DNA from: a virus
Length of the DNA stretch: 64,000 nucleotides
IMG/VR virus record: IMGVR_UViG_3300028394_002011
Strand: one strand, 5' to 3'
A model generated the notes under the pieces. That model saw only the letters and a program-made list of their open reading frames with translations. It did not search any database and had not been told where the DNA came from. Below, one piece after another: positions 8,391-17,292 of this stretch; position 1 is the first letter of the stretch, and every line of letters begins with the position of its first letter. The translations under genes and the position numbers were made by a program.

Positions 8391-10160
8391 ATGGACATGA
8401 AGAAAATTTTACAGGCAATGGACGGCATTTCTACAAAGCCTGTAGAAGGTGCCGACAGTATGGCTAAATTTCTTCGTGTGGTTAGTGAAGCTGAGATTAA
8501 TCAGCCAGCGGTTAGACCAGTCAAAGTTCCAGAAATTCCACAACTACCCGCACAAGACGGTGATCAGGGCGATGGATCTAGAGTAACAACAAATACAGAT
8601 GGTACTAAAACTTATGCAGGTGCTTGGGGCACGTTTACTTATGATGCTCAAGGCAAGGCTATAAAATACAGTACTCCTTCATTCTCCGGAGCGAGCCAAA
8701 CAATTGATTTAACTAATAATCAAACTACACAAAATTACAATGCCGGACCAATGAATACTACCCAAACTGTCGATGCTAACGGTAATGTAGTATCACATAA
8801 TACCGAATATGACTTAGGGGTAGGTAAAATGGCCATGGGTCAAGATGCTAAAGGTATTAAATCTAAAGAATATACCCCGGCTGATGGAGAGCAAAGCATA
8901 GCATCCAAAGACATGTATGCACTGGGTAATAAAGATAAAGAAGCTACTTATAATCGTGCAATGACGCAAGTTAAAGGCACACCTGTACAAGAAAATAGTT
9001 TAAGCAAGTTTTTATCCATTGTGAGAAAAAATGATGTTGGCATCTTGAGCGAAGCAGTAGGAGATCCTGCTAATGTTTTGGATCAAGTAAATTCTTACAT
9101 ACAACTTAGTTCTGGTTTGTATCAAAAAAGTATGAGTAGTATAGAAATTAAAAAAGGACTAGTACTCCCAATTACGTTTAAGCCCTTGCCGCCATCTGGG
9201 GATTCTGCTAAGTTAATTCAAACAAATATTAATTCAGCTAATGCACGTTTGCCAAGAGAACTACAACTTTCTACAGATCAGTTATCAGATATTGTAGGCG
9301 GTGCTGACAAACCATATGCTGGTCCTACTCTAAGCGAAGGCGCTAATCCACACAAAGTGGCATTGCCAGTACAAATGGCCATGCAACATTATCAGCAACC
9401 TAAAACAAAAACACAACCGCGTGAACGTTTGATTGACAAATACTTTGTGGAAGCTGAAACTGCGATTATTCAACGCACGGAAGAAAAACGTGCATTGATC
9501 AATCAATATGCTAAAACTATTGCTGAACGTGTACTAATGAAAGAGTCCGCGCAAGGTGTGGCGGAAAATGATGTGCCAAATGATCCAAATAAATTAACAG
9601 CATCTATGCTGATGGGCGGCGAGTATAAAGAACTTGATCTAACACCACTTATAGCAAAAAACAATTGGGTAGGCACGCCAAAACAAGTTATTAATCAGGC
9701 CGATAAATGGTTAAGTGATTTTTTAAGACAACGTGGTAACATGTATTCTAATCTAAAAATCAAATATAAAGGTCTAACAATGACCTCCAGTAAAATAGGT
9801 GATGTAGATGCACCAGATCTAGAATTTGAATCAATAGCAGAAGCACCAATTGCCATGGATCCAGCTGAGCCAAACAATCCAACTATACACAATCACCAAA
9901 AAGCCAACTCCATGTCATTGAAAGGTCGCATAGCACAAGCTCGTGCGCAATTAAAAGAACTAGCTGAACTAGCAGAAAGCGACAGTCTGCTTGCTTGGGA
10001 AGAAATTTGTAAGAAAGCCAAAGGTGGCATGTTTATGGGTTTAGAACAAAATCTAGAACAAATCCGTCATGGCATTGAAGAACTTGCTAAACAACGCCGT
10101 AAAGGTGGGACTTCCAGTCGTGGAATAGATAAACACATAGGCGAAGGAAAAAGAAAATGA
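8391..10160 (+). CDS. modular internal head protein
   Basis: 589 aa; internally repeated S[ML][AS]KFLxxV...SEA segments; LSEG, MKES, VAEN and IAEA junctions. Confidence 0.7.
   Translation: MDMKKILQAMDGISTKPVEGADSMAKFLRVVSEAEINQPAVRPVKVPEIPQLPAQDGDQGDGSRVTTNTDGTKTYAGAWGTFTYDAQGKAIKYSTPSFSGASQTIDLTNNQTTQNYNAGPMNTTQTVDANGNVVSHNTEYDLGVGKMAMGQDAKGIKSKEYTPADGEQSIASKDMYALGNKDKEATYNRAMTQVKGTPVQENSLSKFLSIVRKNDVGILSEAVGDPANVLDQVNSYIQLSSGLYQKSMSSIEIKKGLVLPITFKPLPPSGDSAKLIQTNINSANARLPRELQLSTDQLSDIVGGADKPYAGPTLSEGANPHKVALPVQMAMQHYQQPKTKTQPRERLIDKYFVEAETAIIQRTEEKRALINQYAKTIAERVLMKESAQGVAENDVPNDPNKLTASMLMGGEYKELDLTPLIAKNNWVGTPKQVINQADKWLSDFLRQRGNMYSNLKIKYKGLTMTSSKIGDVDAPDLEFESIAEAPIAMDPAEPNNPTIHNHQKANSMSLKGRIAQARAQLKELAELAESDSLLAWEEICKKAKGGMFMGLEQNLEQIRHGIEELAKQRRKGGTSSRGIDKHIGEGKRK
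9553..9567 (+). repeat. 15-bp dispersed repeat AAGGTGTGGCGGAAA, copy 2
   Basis: Identical to 5771..5785. Confidence 0.85.
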
Positions 10161-11665
10161 ATTTTAGAGAACTCATTAATAAATTAGATCACATAAATGA
10201 AGCAGAAGGTCTTACTCTACAAAGTATTGCCGCTATAGAAAAAGCCGCAATGGATAAAGCTACTGACGAAAAAGCCAAAGGTGGATGGACCGGATTTACC
10301 ACATGGGATCCACGCACTGCTGGTAACGTTGCATTAGCCAAATTGGCGCAACAAAATAATTTTGAAGGTCTGTTTAATAGTGACGGTAATTTTGTAGTTG
10401 CTTTTGGTGATAGAACTTGGAGCTCGCAAGGCGACGGTAACGGCACTGCTCCGAGAGTTGTTCCACCAACACCAGATGATTGGAAGCCACTAGCCGCTAA
10501 AGGTTTAATTCCGCAAAACGCTAAAGGTCCAGCAGGATTAACTAACTGGTTAACAAGTGGTGGCGCACAAAAAGAATTTGATGCTGTTAAACAACGATCA
10601 GCAGATGCGGCAGCTAATACAACAGGCCCGGTTGATGCGGCGCAGGCTCCTAAAATATCAGCTACTGACGAAGGCGCAAAAATGACCCAATTAGAAGGGC
10701 TAGTTGATCAGTATCTTAAATTAAAAGAAGATATTAAAACTGGTGCTAATAAGACACCTGTTGCGGCCAAGAAAGATCCTATGGACGATAGTGATGATGC
10801 ATATGCAAAACCATTCGATCCGTCATGGGGTGGCACTAAGCCAACTCCAGGAGAAAAATTTCCGCCAAATGCAGGTGGTTCATGGAGCAACGAAAAACAA
10901 GCAGGCATTCCAGGTGTTGTTAAAGAAACAGCATTAGCCGCGGCCCTAGTTGAAAGTTTTGGCTATCAAAAAAAAACGGTTCTGATGCCGTTTGATAGTA
11001 ATCTCAAAGAAGCTAAAGACGACTTTGACCCAGACGAATACTTAAACAACAAATACGGCGACCCAAAAAATATAACTTCTGGTCGTGTTGATCGGCGCTC
11101 TTGGCAAGAAAAAAATGTAATAACAACAATTCCCAATGCAATATGGAACGAAGGCACTCTAACATGGGAAGATGAAATCATCCCAGGAGTATATACTTTT
11201 GCAGATTTAGGTTTTGATTTGGGACTTACTCTTGGCATTGTGGTAGCTGGTGCAATAATGGCTCCGTTTACTGCTGGCAGTTCTGCGGTTGCAGGAACTG
11301 TGATTGCTGGCAGTATACTTGTTAGAGCATTGATCAAAGTAGCAAGAGTTGTTCAACATGTTGTACGAAATATGGCTAAACCGTTCAAAGGAAACGTTAG
11401 CAACTTCTTCAAAGAAATTGGTAAAATTGTAAGGACTATAGTTGATAAGTTTTGGGATCTGTTAGCAACTAAGTTTGCCGCAAAAGCCTTATCCTGGACA
11501 ATTTTAGTTACAATAGGATTTAATGGTGCGGCAGAATTGATGAAAGCTCACTGGCCTGCGGGTTACAAAGCGACAACAGATGCTCGAGACTGGACGCTAG
11601 ATAAAGCACGTCCGGCGGTTGATTGGGTACGAAAACAAACAGGATGGGAGGAAGGCCTACAATGA
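10157..11665 (+). CDS. putative ejection/membrane-active virion protein
   Basis: MNFRELINKLDHINEAE N-terminus; long Gly/Ala-rich hydrophobic segment LGLTLGIVVAGAIMAPFTAGSSAVAGTVIAGSILVRAL and a second hydrophobic stretch. Confidence 0.6.
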   Translation: MNFRELINKLDHINEAEGLTLQSIAAIEKAAMDKATDEKAKGGWTGFTTWDPRTAGNVALAKLAQQNNFEGLFNSDGNFVVAFGDRTWSSQGDGNGTAPRVVPPTPDDWKPLAAKGLIPQNAKGPAGLTNWLTSGGAQKEFDAVKQRSADAAANTTGPVDAAQAPKISATDEGAKMTQLEGLVDQYLKLKEDIKTGANKTPVAAKKDPMDDSDDAYAKPFDPSWGGTKPTPGEKFPPNAGGSWSNEKQAGIPGVVKETALAAALVESFGYQKKTVLMPFDSNLKEAKDDFDPDEYLNNKYGDPKNITSGRVDRRSWQEKNVITTIPNAIWNEGTLTWEDEIIPGVYTFADLGFDLGLTLGIVVAGAIMAPFTAGSSAVAGTVIAGSILVRALIKVARVVQHVVRNMAKPFKGNVSNFFKEIGKIVRTIVDKFWDLLATKFAAKALSWTILVTIGFNGAAELMKAHWPAGYKATTDARDWTLDKARPAVDWVRKQTGWEEGLQ

Positions 11666-13359
11666 ATAATCTAACTACACACATGGCAAATCTCAGGGAT
11701 ATCCTTGCCACCATAGAAAATAAAAATTTAAACGAAGGTGCGGCGGGTGAAACTGTTGAAATTTTTGCAAAACGATTACTTGGAAAAACTGGTAAGGAAC
11801 TGGTAAAAGAGCTAGGGCCACGTGTTGAAATTACTACTGTGATAAAAAAACCAAAAATAGATTTTAAAACTAAAAAACCAACCGGTGAATTTACTACTGG
11901 TCCAGAAATTACAGAAGTCTGGGAACATATGCCTGGGACTGAATTGTATGCTATTAAAACCGTTAACGGTAAAGTACCCAACAACATCATAACCAGAACA
12001 GCTGATGTTCTTAAAACTGAAGTTGAGCTAGCAGCCAAAGAAGGAAGAATTGCTATCAGTACTAGTGAAAATGTAGGTAAAGATGTAGTCAAACCAACAA
12101 CACCAGGAATTGATCCCGCTGCCGAAGCCACTGCAAAAGCTGAAAAATTAAGTATTGCTGAATTAGAAAAAAGAATTGCATCCGGAGAAGGCACTGCAAT
12201 AGAACGCAAAGCATTTGCAAAAGAATTAGAAAAGAAAAAAGCAAGCGCACCACCGGCAGAAGTTAAGAAAGATAAATTTGATGATAGTGCAGAAATTGCA
12301 AGAAAAAAAGCAGAAGGCATGAGTAGAGAAGAACTTGAAGCCGCACTAAAAAATAAAGACATCCCAGCAGTAACACGAAAAGAATTCGAAGCTGAATTGG
12401 CCAAGCGTCCAAAAGTTGATGCGCCTGCAACTATCGATGACGTAGTTGTTAAAAAGACCATTGAAAAAGAAAAAGCTGAAGTTAAAGAATTATTAGATAA
12501 TGGCACAGTCAAAGTAAAAGATGAAAATTTATTAACTAAAAAGCCTAACGAAACTCCTACTGAACAATTAGAACGTACACTAAAAGAAGATCCTGCGTAT
12601 AAAGGCGCATGGGAAGGCATAGAAGGTACCGAAAAAGAAATTGGATTTTGGAAATGGTTTAAAGGCAGAGGCTTAGTAACTCTTGCTGTGGCGCTAGGTG
12701 TAGCAGGTTCTTATCAGTATTTAAAAAATAATAAAAGCGATAAGAACGACGAAGAAGAAGTACTAGATGGTCCAACAAACGCTGATGAAATTAAGGGTGG
12801 TGAGGAAGAAGCTAGAAAAGCCGAAGAAGCTAGAAAAGCTAAAGAAGCAGAAGAAGCTAAGAAAAAAGCTGATGGCGAAAAAACTGGCACTGATACTGGT
12901 GCTGATACTGGCACTGAGAAGAAAGATTCAGGTCAAGCTACAAAGGTAACTACTGACAAAGAAAAAACTGATGTTCAACCAACAACTGAGCAAAATGCAG
13001 AATTAACAAAATTAAAAACACAAATTGACACACTTATTGCAGAATTAGAAAAATCCAAAGACCCTGCAATACAAAAACGCCTGGCGGCTGTTAAAGCAAA
13101 ATTAGGACAAGTTAATCAATCTGCTAAAACAACTAACGATGAACCAAACGATGCACCTGGGTGGTACGATATTGGACGAGGTTTTAGACGTTGGTACGGA
13201 AAAACCGGAGTTGATCCAGAAACCGGTCGAGTTGTAACAACTGGCACTACAGATATTATTCCGATAGATAAACGTAAACGAGACAAGTATGACGATATGG
13301 CGCAATCAGATTTAGCCAATCAATTAAGAAAAAAAGAACAAGCTCAAAAATCAAAATAA
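11662..13359 (+). CDS. putative virion protein with one transmembrane segment and a charged coiled coil
   Basis: ATG at 11662 after a GGAGG SD; MANLRDIL...LNEG; TM segment LVTLAVALGVAGSYQYL followed by EEARKA repeats. Confidence 0.7.
   Translation: MNNLTTHMANLRDILATIENKNLNEGAAGETVEIFAKRLLGKTGKELVKELGPRVEITTVIKKPKIDFKTKKPTGEFTTGPEITEVWEHMPGTELYAIKTVNGKVPNNIITRTADVLKTEVELAAKEGRIAISTSENVGKDVVKPTTPGIDPAAEATAKAEKLSIAELEKRIASGEGTAIERKAFAKELEKKKASAPPAEVKKDKFDDSAEIARKKAEGMSREELEAALKNKDIPAVTRKEFEAELAKRPKVDAPATIDDVVVKKTIEKEKAEVKELLDNGTVKVKDENLLTKKPNETPTEQLERTLKEDPAYKGAWEGIEGTEKEIGFWKWFKGRGLVTLAVALGVAGSYQYLKNNKSDKNDEEEVLDGPTNADEIKGGEEEARKAEEARKAKEAEEAKKKADGEKTGTDTGADTGTEKKDSGQATKVTTDKEKTDVQPTTEQNAELTKLKTQIDTLIAELEKSKDPAIQKRLAAVKAKLGQVNQSAKTTNDEPNDAPGWYDIGRGFRRWYGKTGVDPETGRVVTTGTTDIIPIDKRKRDKYDDMAQSDLANQLRKKEQAQKSK
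12805..12840 (+). repeat. 18-bp coding tandem repeat (EEARKA x2)
   Basis: gaagaagctagaaaagcc gaagaagctagaaaagct. Confidence 0.85.
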
Positions 13360-13364
13360 TAATT

Positions 13365-13390
13365 ATGGCGGATTTATTCCGCCATTTTTA
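13365..13390 (+). terminator. intrinsic terminator ending the internal-protein block
   Basis: ATGGCGGA-TTTAT-TCCGCCAT 8-bp stem followed by a T run, just after the stop at 13359. Confidence 0.85.
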
Positions 13391-13410
13391 CCTCAAAAAT
13401 ATCATAGAGG

Positions 13411-13439
13411 TTGTATTACGAAGATAACTAGTATATAAT
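13411..13439 (+). promoter_or_regulatory. sigma70-type early promoter
   Basis: TTGTAT-17 bp-TATAAT; GGAG SD before ATG 13464. Confidence 0.8.
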
Positions 13440-13463
13440 AGGCTTATAGTTAAGGAGACTTAC

Positions 13464-13721
13464 ATGTCAGGACGTTCATACGGTGCAGAAGAAAAGGCAA
13501 AACTAGAAAGATTGATTACAGAAGGTAGTACAGTACTTCGCGAAATTGAAGACTTGCAAGTAGGCTTAAAAGAAACAGTACAGGCAGTGGCAGAAGAATT
13601 ACAAGTAAAACCCAGTGTTATTAACAAAGCCATTAAAATTGCACACAAAGGCGATTGGCAGGCACATAATGCAGACTGGGAAGAAATTGAAGCAATTTTA
13701 GATATTACAAAACGTATCTAA
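13464..13721 (+). CDS. dsbA: T4 DsbA/GapR-like double-stranded DNA-binding protein
   Basis: 85 aa helical; EELQVKPSVINKAIKIAHK...EEIEAIL follows the T4 DsbA pattern (ELGVDGKMFNRLLALYHK...EEVVELY). Confidence 0.65.
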   Translation: MSGRSYGAEEKAKLERLITEGSTVLREIEDLQVGLKETVQAVAEELQVKPSVINKAIKIAHKGDWQAHNADWEEIEAILDITKRI

Positions 13722-13743
13722 TAAGTAGTACATATAAGGGCAA

Positions 13744-13796
13744 GCGGGCCATAAACCGCAAGTTAGGTATTTGTCAGCCAAAAATGACATATGGAG
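13744..13796 (+). promoter_or_regulatory. tandem-hairpin leader, candidate translational operator of the DNA polymerase gene
   Basis: GCGG-GCCATAAA-CCGC (13744-13759) and TGTCA-GCCAAAAA-TGACA (13772-13789), directly before SD GGAG (13793-13796). Confidence 0.6.
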
Positions 13797-16472
13797 AATA
13801 TATTGAGCTATGTAGACGCATGGTTTGACCGCGAGAATGATGTTATTAAAGTGGTCGAACGTAATAAAAAACAAGAACGTGAGTTCCGTGACATTCCTGT
13901 CAAGCACACGTTTTACTTTAAAGACCCTAAGGGCAAATTCCAAAGTATTTACGGTGATCCACTCACACGTATTATTTGTAAAAATACCAAAGAGCTAAGA
14001 AAAGAACAAGCTATCAACAGTAGCAAAAAACTGTTTGAAGCAGACATTAATCCCATCTTTGTTTGCCTAAGCGAAAACTATCTAAACGCAGAACCTCCCA
14101 AATTAAATGTAGCATTTTTTGACATTGAGGTAGACTTTGATCCAGAACGTGGCTACGCATCGCCAGATGATGCGTTCATGCCAATTACTGCAATTGCTGT
14201 CTACCTACAATGGATGGAAACTATGATATGTTTGGCTGTTCCGCCCAAGAAGGTTAAAATGGCGGATGCCAAAGAAATGGTCAAAGACTTTGACAACGTA
14301 ATGCTATATGAAACAGAAGCAGAGATGTTGGATGTGTTCTTGGACTTGATCAAAGATGCGGATGTACTAAGTGGTTGGAACAGTGAAGGCTTTGATATCC
14401 CTTACACCGTTAATCGTGTGACCAAGGCACTAAGCAAAGAAGATACAAGACGTTTTTGTTTGTTTGACCAATTGCCAAAGAAACGTGAATATGAAAAGTA
14501 TGGAAGACAAGCTGTTACATACGACTTTATTGGTCGTGTACACTTGGATAGTCTTGAACTGTATCGAAAGTATACTTATGAAGAACGACATACCTATCGT
14601 CTGGATGCTATTGCAGAATATGAGCTAGGTGAGCGTAAGACACAATACGAAGGTACATTGGATCAGTTGTACAACAATGATTTTAGAACTTTCATTGAAT
14701 ACAACATTAACGACTGTATGCTTCTTGAAAAGTTAGACAAGAAATTAAAGTTTATGGATCTTGCCAACACCTTGGCACATGAATGTACTGTGTTGTTGCA
14801 GACTACAATGGGTGCTGTGGCTGTGACTGAGCAGGCTATTATTAACGAAGCACACCGCAGAGGTTTCCAAGTTCCTAACAGAACTAAAATGGACGACAGA
14901 GAAGGCAACGAGGGTGCCGCAGGTGCTTATGTTGCTTATCCTAAAGAAGGTATTCATGACTGGATTGGTTCACTAGACATTAACTCACTGTATCCTAGTG
15001 CTATTAGAGCACTTAACATGGGGCCAGAGACTATTGTAGGACAGTTACGTCAAACACTTACACAAGAATACATCGATAATCTTGTAGCAAAAGGTAAGAG
15101 TTTTGCGGCCGCTTGGGAAGGTGTGTTTGGATCATTAGAGTATACTGCTGTGATGAATCAAGAAATTGGCACAGACATTACTATCGACTGGGAAAACGGC
15201 GATACGGATGTTGTTAGTGCCGCAGAAGTGTATAGATTAATTTACGAAAGCAATCAGCCTTGGATTCTAAGTGCTAACGGTACTATCTTTACTTATGAAA
15301 AAGAAGGGATCATTCCTGGGTTGTTAAAGCGTTGGTATGCTGAACGTAAAGAGATGCAGGCTAAACTTAAAGAAGCCATCAAGGCAGGTAACAAGGTTGA
15401 AGAAGAATACTGGGACAAACGACAACTAGTCAAGAAAATTAACTTGAACAGTTTGTATGGTGCTATTCTTAACAACGGTTGTAGATTCTTTGACAAACGT
15501 ATTGGGCAATCAACTACACTAACAGGTCGTGCTATTGCTAAACACATGGCCAGTAAAGTTAATGAGATTATTGCAGGCGAGTATAACCATACAGGTAAAG
15601 CTATTATCTACGGTGATACCGACTCATGTTATTTTTCAGCATATAAAACATTGGAAAAAGAAATCAATGCAGGGCAACTGCCGTGGACTAAAGAATCAGT
15701 TGTTCAGTTGTACGACCAAATTGGCGAAGAAGTTAATAGTACGTTCCCACAATTTATGTTAGATGCATTTCACGTGCCTAAGTCGCGTGGAGAAGTTATC
15801 AAAGCAGGTCGTGAGATTGTTGGCAGTAAGAGTTTGTTTATTACTAAAAAACGTTATGCTGTATTGTACTACGATAAAGAAGGCAAACGTGCAGATGTCG
15901 AAGGTAAGCCTGGCAAGATCAAGGCTATGGGCTTAGATCTTAAACGTAGTGATACTCCAGAATTTATTCAAAACTTTTTAAGTGATGTACTTGAATTGGT
16001 ATTAACAGGTGCGACTGAACAACAAGTATTGGATCATATTAGTGAATTCCGTATTCGTTTCAAAGCTAGACCAGGTTGGGAGAAAGGTAGTCCAAAACGT
16101 GCTAATAACATTACAGACTACCAAGCTAAAGAAGCCAAAGCTGGCAAGACTAACATGCCCGGACACGTTCGTGCAAGTATTAATTGGAACACATTAAAAC
16201 GCATGTACGGTGACAAATATAGTATGGCTATTACAGACGGTGCTAAAGTTATTGTATGTAAACTAAAACCTAATGCACTAGGTTTTACTAGTGTTGCTTA
16301 TCCGGTAGACGAGTTGCGACTTCCGCAGTGGTTTAAAGATTTAGCATTTGATCACGCAGAGATGGAGCAGACTATTATTGATAATAAGCTAGCCAACCTA
16401 ATTGGTGTTCTTAACTGGGATATTAACAGTACAGAAGAAAAGAATACCTTTAACAGTTTTTTCGAGTTCTAA
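13791..16472 (+). CDS. 43: family B DNA polymerase (T4 gp43-like) with 3'-5' exonuclease
   Basis: ExoI FDIEV, ExoII GWNSEGFDIPY, ExoIII YNINDC; polymerase motifs SLDINSLYPS, KINLNSLYG, YGDTDS. The real start may be TTG 13803 (MSYVDAWF), which follows the GGAG SD. Confidence 0.97.
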   Translation: MENILSYVDAWFDRENDVIKVVERNKKQEREFRDIPVKHTFYFKDPKGKFQSIYGDPLTRIICKNTKELRKEQAINSSKKLFEADINPIFVCLSENYLNAEPPKLNVAFFDIEVDFDPERGYASPDDAFMPITAIAVYLQWMETMICLAVPPKKVKMADAKEMVKDFDNVMLYETEAEMLDVFLDLIKDADVLSGWNSEGFDIPYTVNRVTKALSKEDTRRFCLFDQLPKKREYEKYGRQAVTYDFIGRVHLDSLELYRKYTYEERHTYRLDAIAEYELGERKTQYEGTLDQLYNNDFRTFIEYNINDCMLLEKLDKKLKFMDLANTLAHECTVLLQTTMGAVAVTEQAIINEAHRRGFQVPNRTKMDDREGNEGAAGAYVAYPKEGIHDWIGSLDINSLYPSAIRALNMGPETIVGQLRQTLTQEYIDNLVAKGKSFAAAWEGVFGSLEYTAVMNQEIGTDITIDWENGDTDVVSAAEVYRLIYESNQPWILSANGTIFTYEKEGIIPGLLKRWYAERKEMQAKLKEAIKAGNKVEEEYWDKRQLVKKINLNSLYGAILNNGCRFFDKRIGQSTTLTGRAIAKHMASKVNEIIAGEYNHTGKAIIYGDTDSCYFSAYKTLEKEINAGQLPWTKESVVQLYDQIGEEVNSTFPQFMLDAFHVPKSRGEVIKAGREIVGSKSLFITKKRYAVLYYDKEGKRADVEGKPGKIKAMGLDLKRSDTPEFIQNFLSDVLELVLTGATEQQVLDHISEFRIRFKARPGWEKGSPKRANNITDYQAKEAKAGKTNMPGHVRASINWNTLKRMYGDKYSMAITDGAKVIVCKLKPNALGFTSVAYPVDELRLPQWFKDLAFDHAEMEQTIIDNKLANLIGVLNWDINSTEEKNTFNSFFEF

Positions 16473-16473
16473 T

Positions 16474-17247
16474 ATGAAAATTATAATTGCAGGATACGGA
16501 TTTGTTGGTAAAGCAGTTGGACAAACATTACAAACTAAACACGAAATTGTAATTGTTGATCCAAAATATACCGAAGAACAAATAAAAGACCATCCAGATG
16601 CAGACGGATTAATTATCTGTGTGAATACTCCTACCACAGAAGATGGCATATGTGATGTCCGAAACATCGCTGATATTTTAGATACAGTGCCAATTTTTAT
16701 GCCGGTAATGATTAAAAGCACTGTAACACCTAGTGCGCTGGAAGCATTCGATGATGTATATAAAGATCATTCCGTTGTGTATAGTCCAGAATTTTTACGG
16801 GCGGCTACTTCTGCTAAGGACTTTGCCGAACAAAAGTTTATGATTATTGGCGGTGAAGATCCTGAAGGATTTTGGCAGGAGACTTTTAGTTCAGTATTGC
16901 CTAATTGTAAACTGTTTTTTCAATGTACTAAATTAGAAGCATCTATGACCAAGTACAGTATAAACTCTTTCCTAGCGGCAAAAGTAGCCTTTTTTAATCA
17001 ACTGTTTGATATATGTGAGGCAAATGGTGCAGACTATTCAATAGTGCGTCAAATGATTACACATGATCAAAGAATTGGTTCCAGTCATACCTTAGTACCT
17101 GGGCTTGATGGGGAACGTGGTTTTGGTGGTGCGTGTTTTCCTAAAGACACTCAAGCATTTATAAAATATGCCAAAACTATCAATGCACCGTTTAGTATTT
17201 TAGAAGCTTCGGCGGAATACAATGAAACGGTAAGAAAAAATGCTTGA
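16474..17247 (+). CDS. ugd: UDP-glucose/GDP-mannose 6-dehydrogenase family protein (short form)
   Basis: Rossmann AGYGFVG, VNTPT, IKSTV, SPEFLR, catalytic GFGGACFPKDT; ATG at 16474; lacks the C-terminal UDP-binding domain. Confidence 0.88.
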   Translation: MKIIIAGYGFVGKAVGQTLQTKHEIVIVDPKYTEEQIKDHPDADGLIICVNTPTTEDGICDVRNIADILDTVPIFMPVMIKSTVTPSALEAFDDVYKDHSVVYSPEFLRAATSAKDFAEQKFMIIGGEDPEGFWQETFSSVLPNCKLFFQCTKLEASMTKYSINSFLAAKVAFFNQLFDICEANGADYSIVRQMITHDQRIGSSHTLVPGLDGERGFGGACFPKDTQAFIKYAKTINAPFSILEASAEYNETVRKNA

Positions 17248-17272
17248 CATAATCAAAAAACCTAAGTATAAT
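17244..17272 (+). promoter_or_regulatory. perfect-consensus sigma70 promoter
   Basis: TTGACA-17 bp-TATAAT, upstream of the clamp-dpdA operon. Confidence 0.9.
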
Positions 17273-17292
17273 CATAACATATGGAGAATCTC

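Noticed and set aside
11520-12620. 366-aa minus-strand ORF
   Set aside because: Antisense shadow of the Lys/Glu/Ala-rich plus-strand gene (Ser/Phe/Leu-rich, no SD); the plus gene has an SD and operonic coupling.
13791-16472. Possible intein or split in the DNA polymerase
   Set aside because: Motif spacing is normal for ~890 aa; no intein ends or LAGLIDADG motifs.
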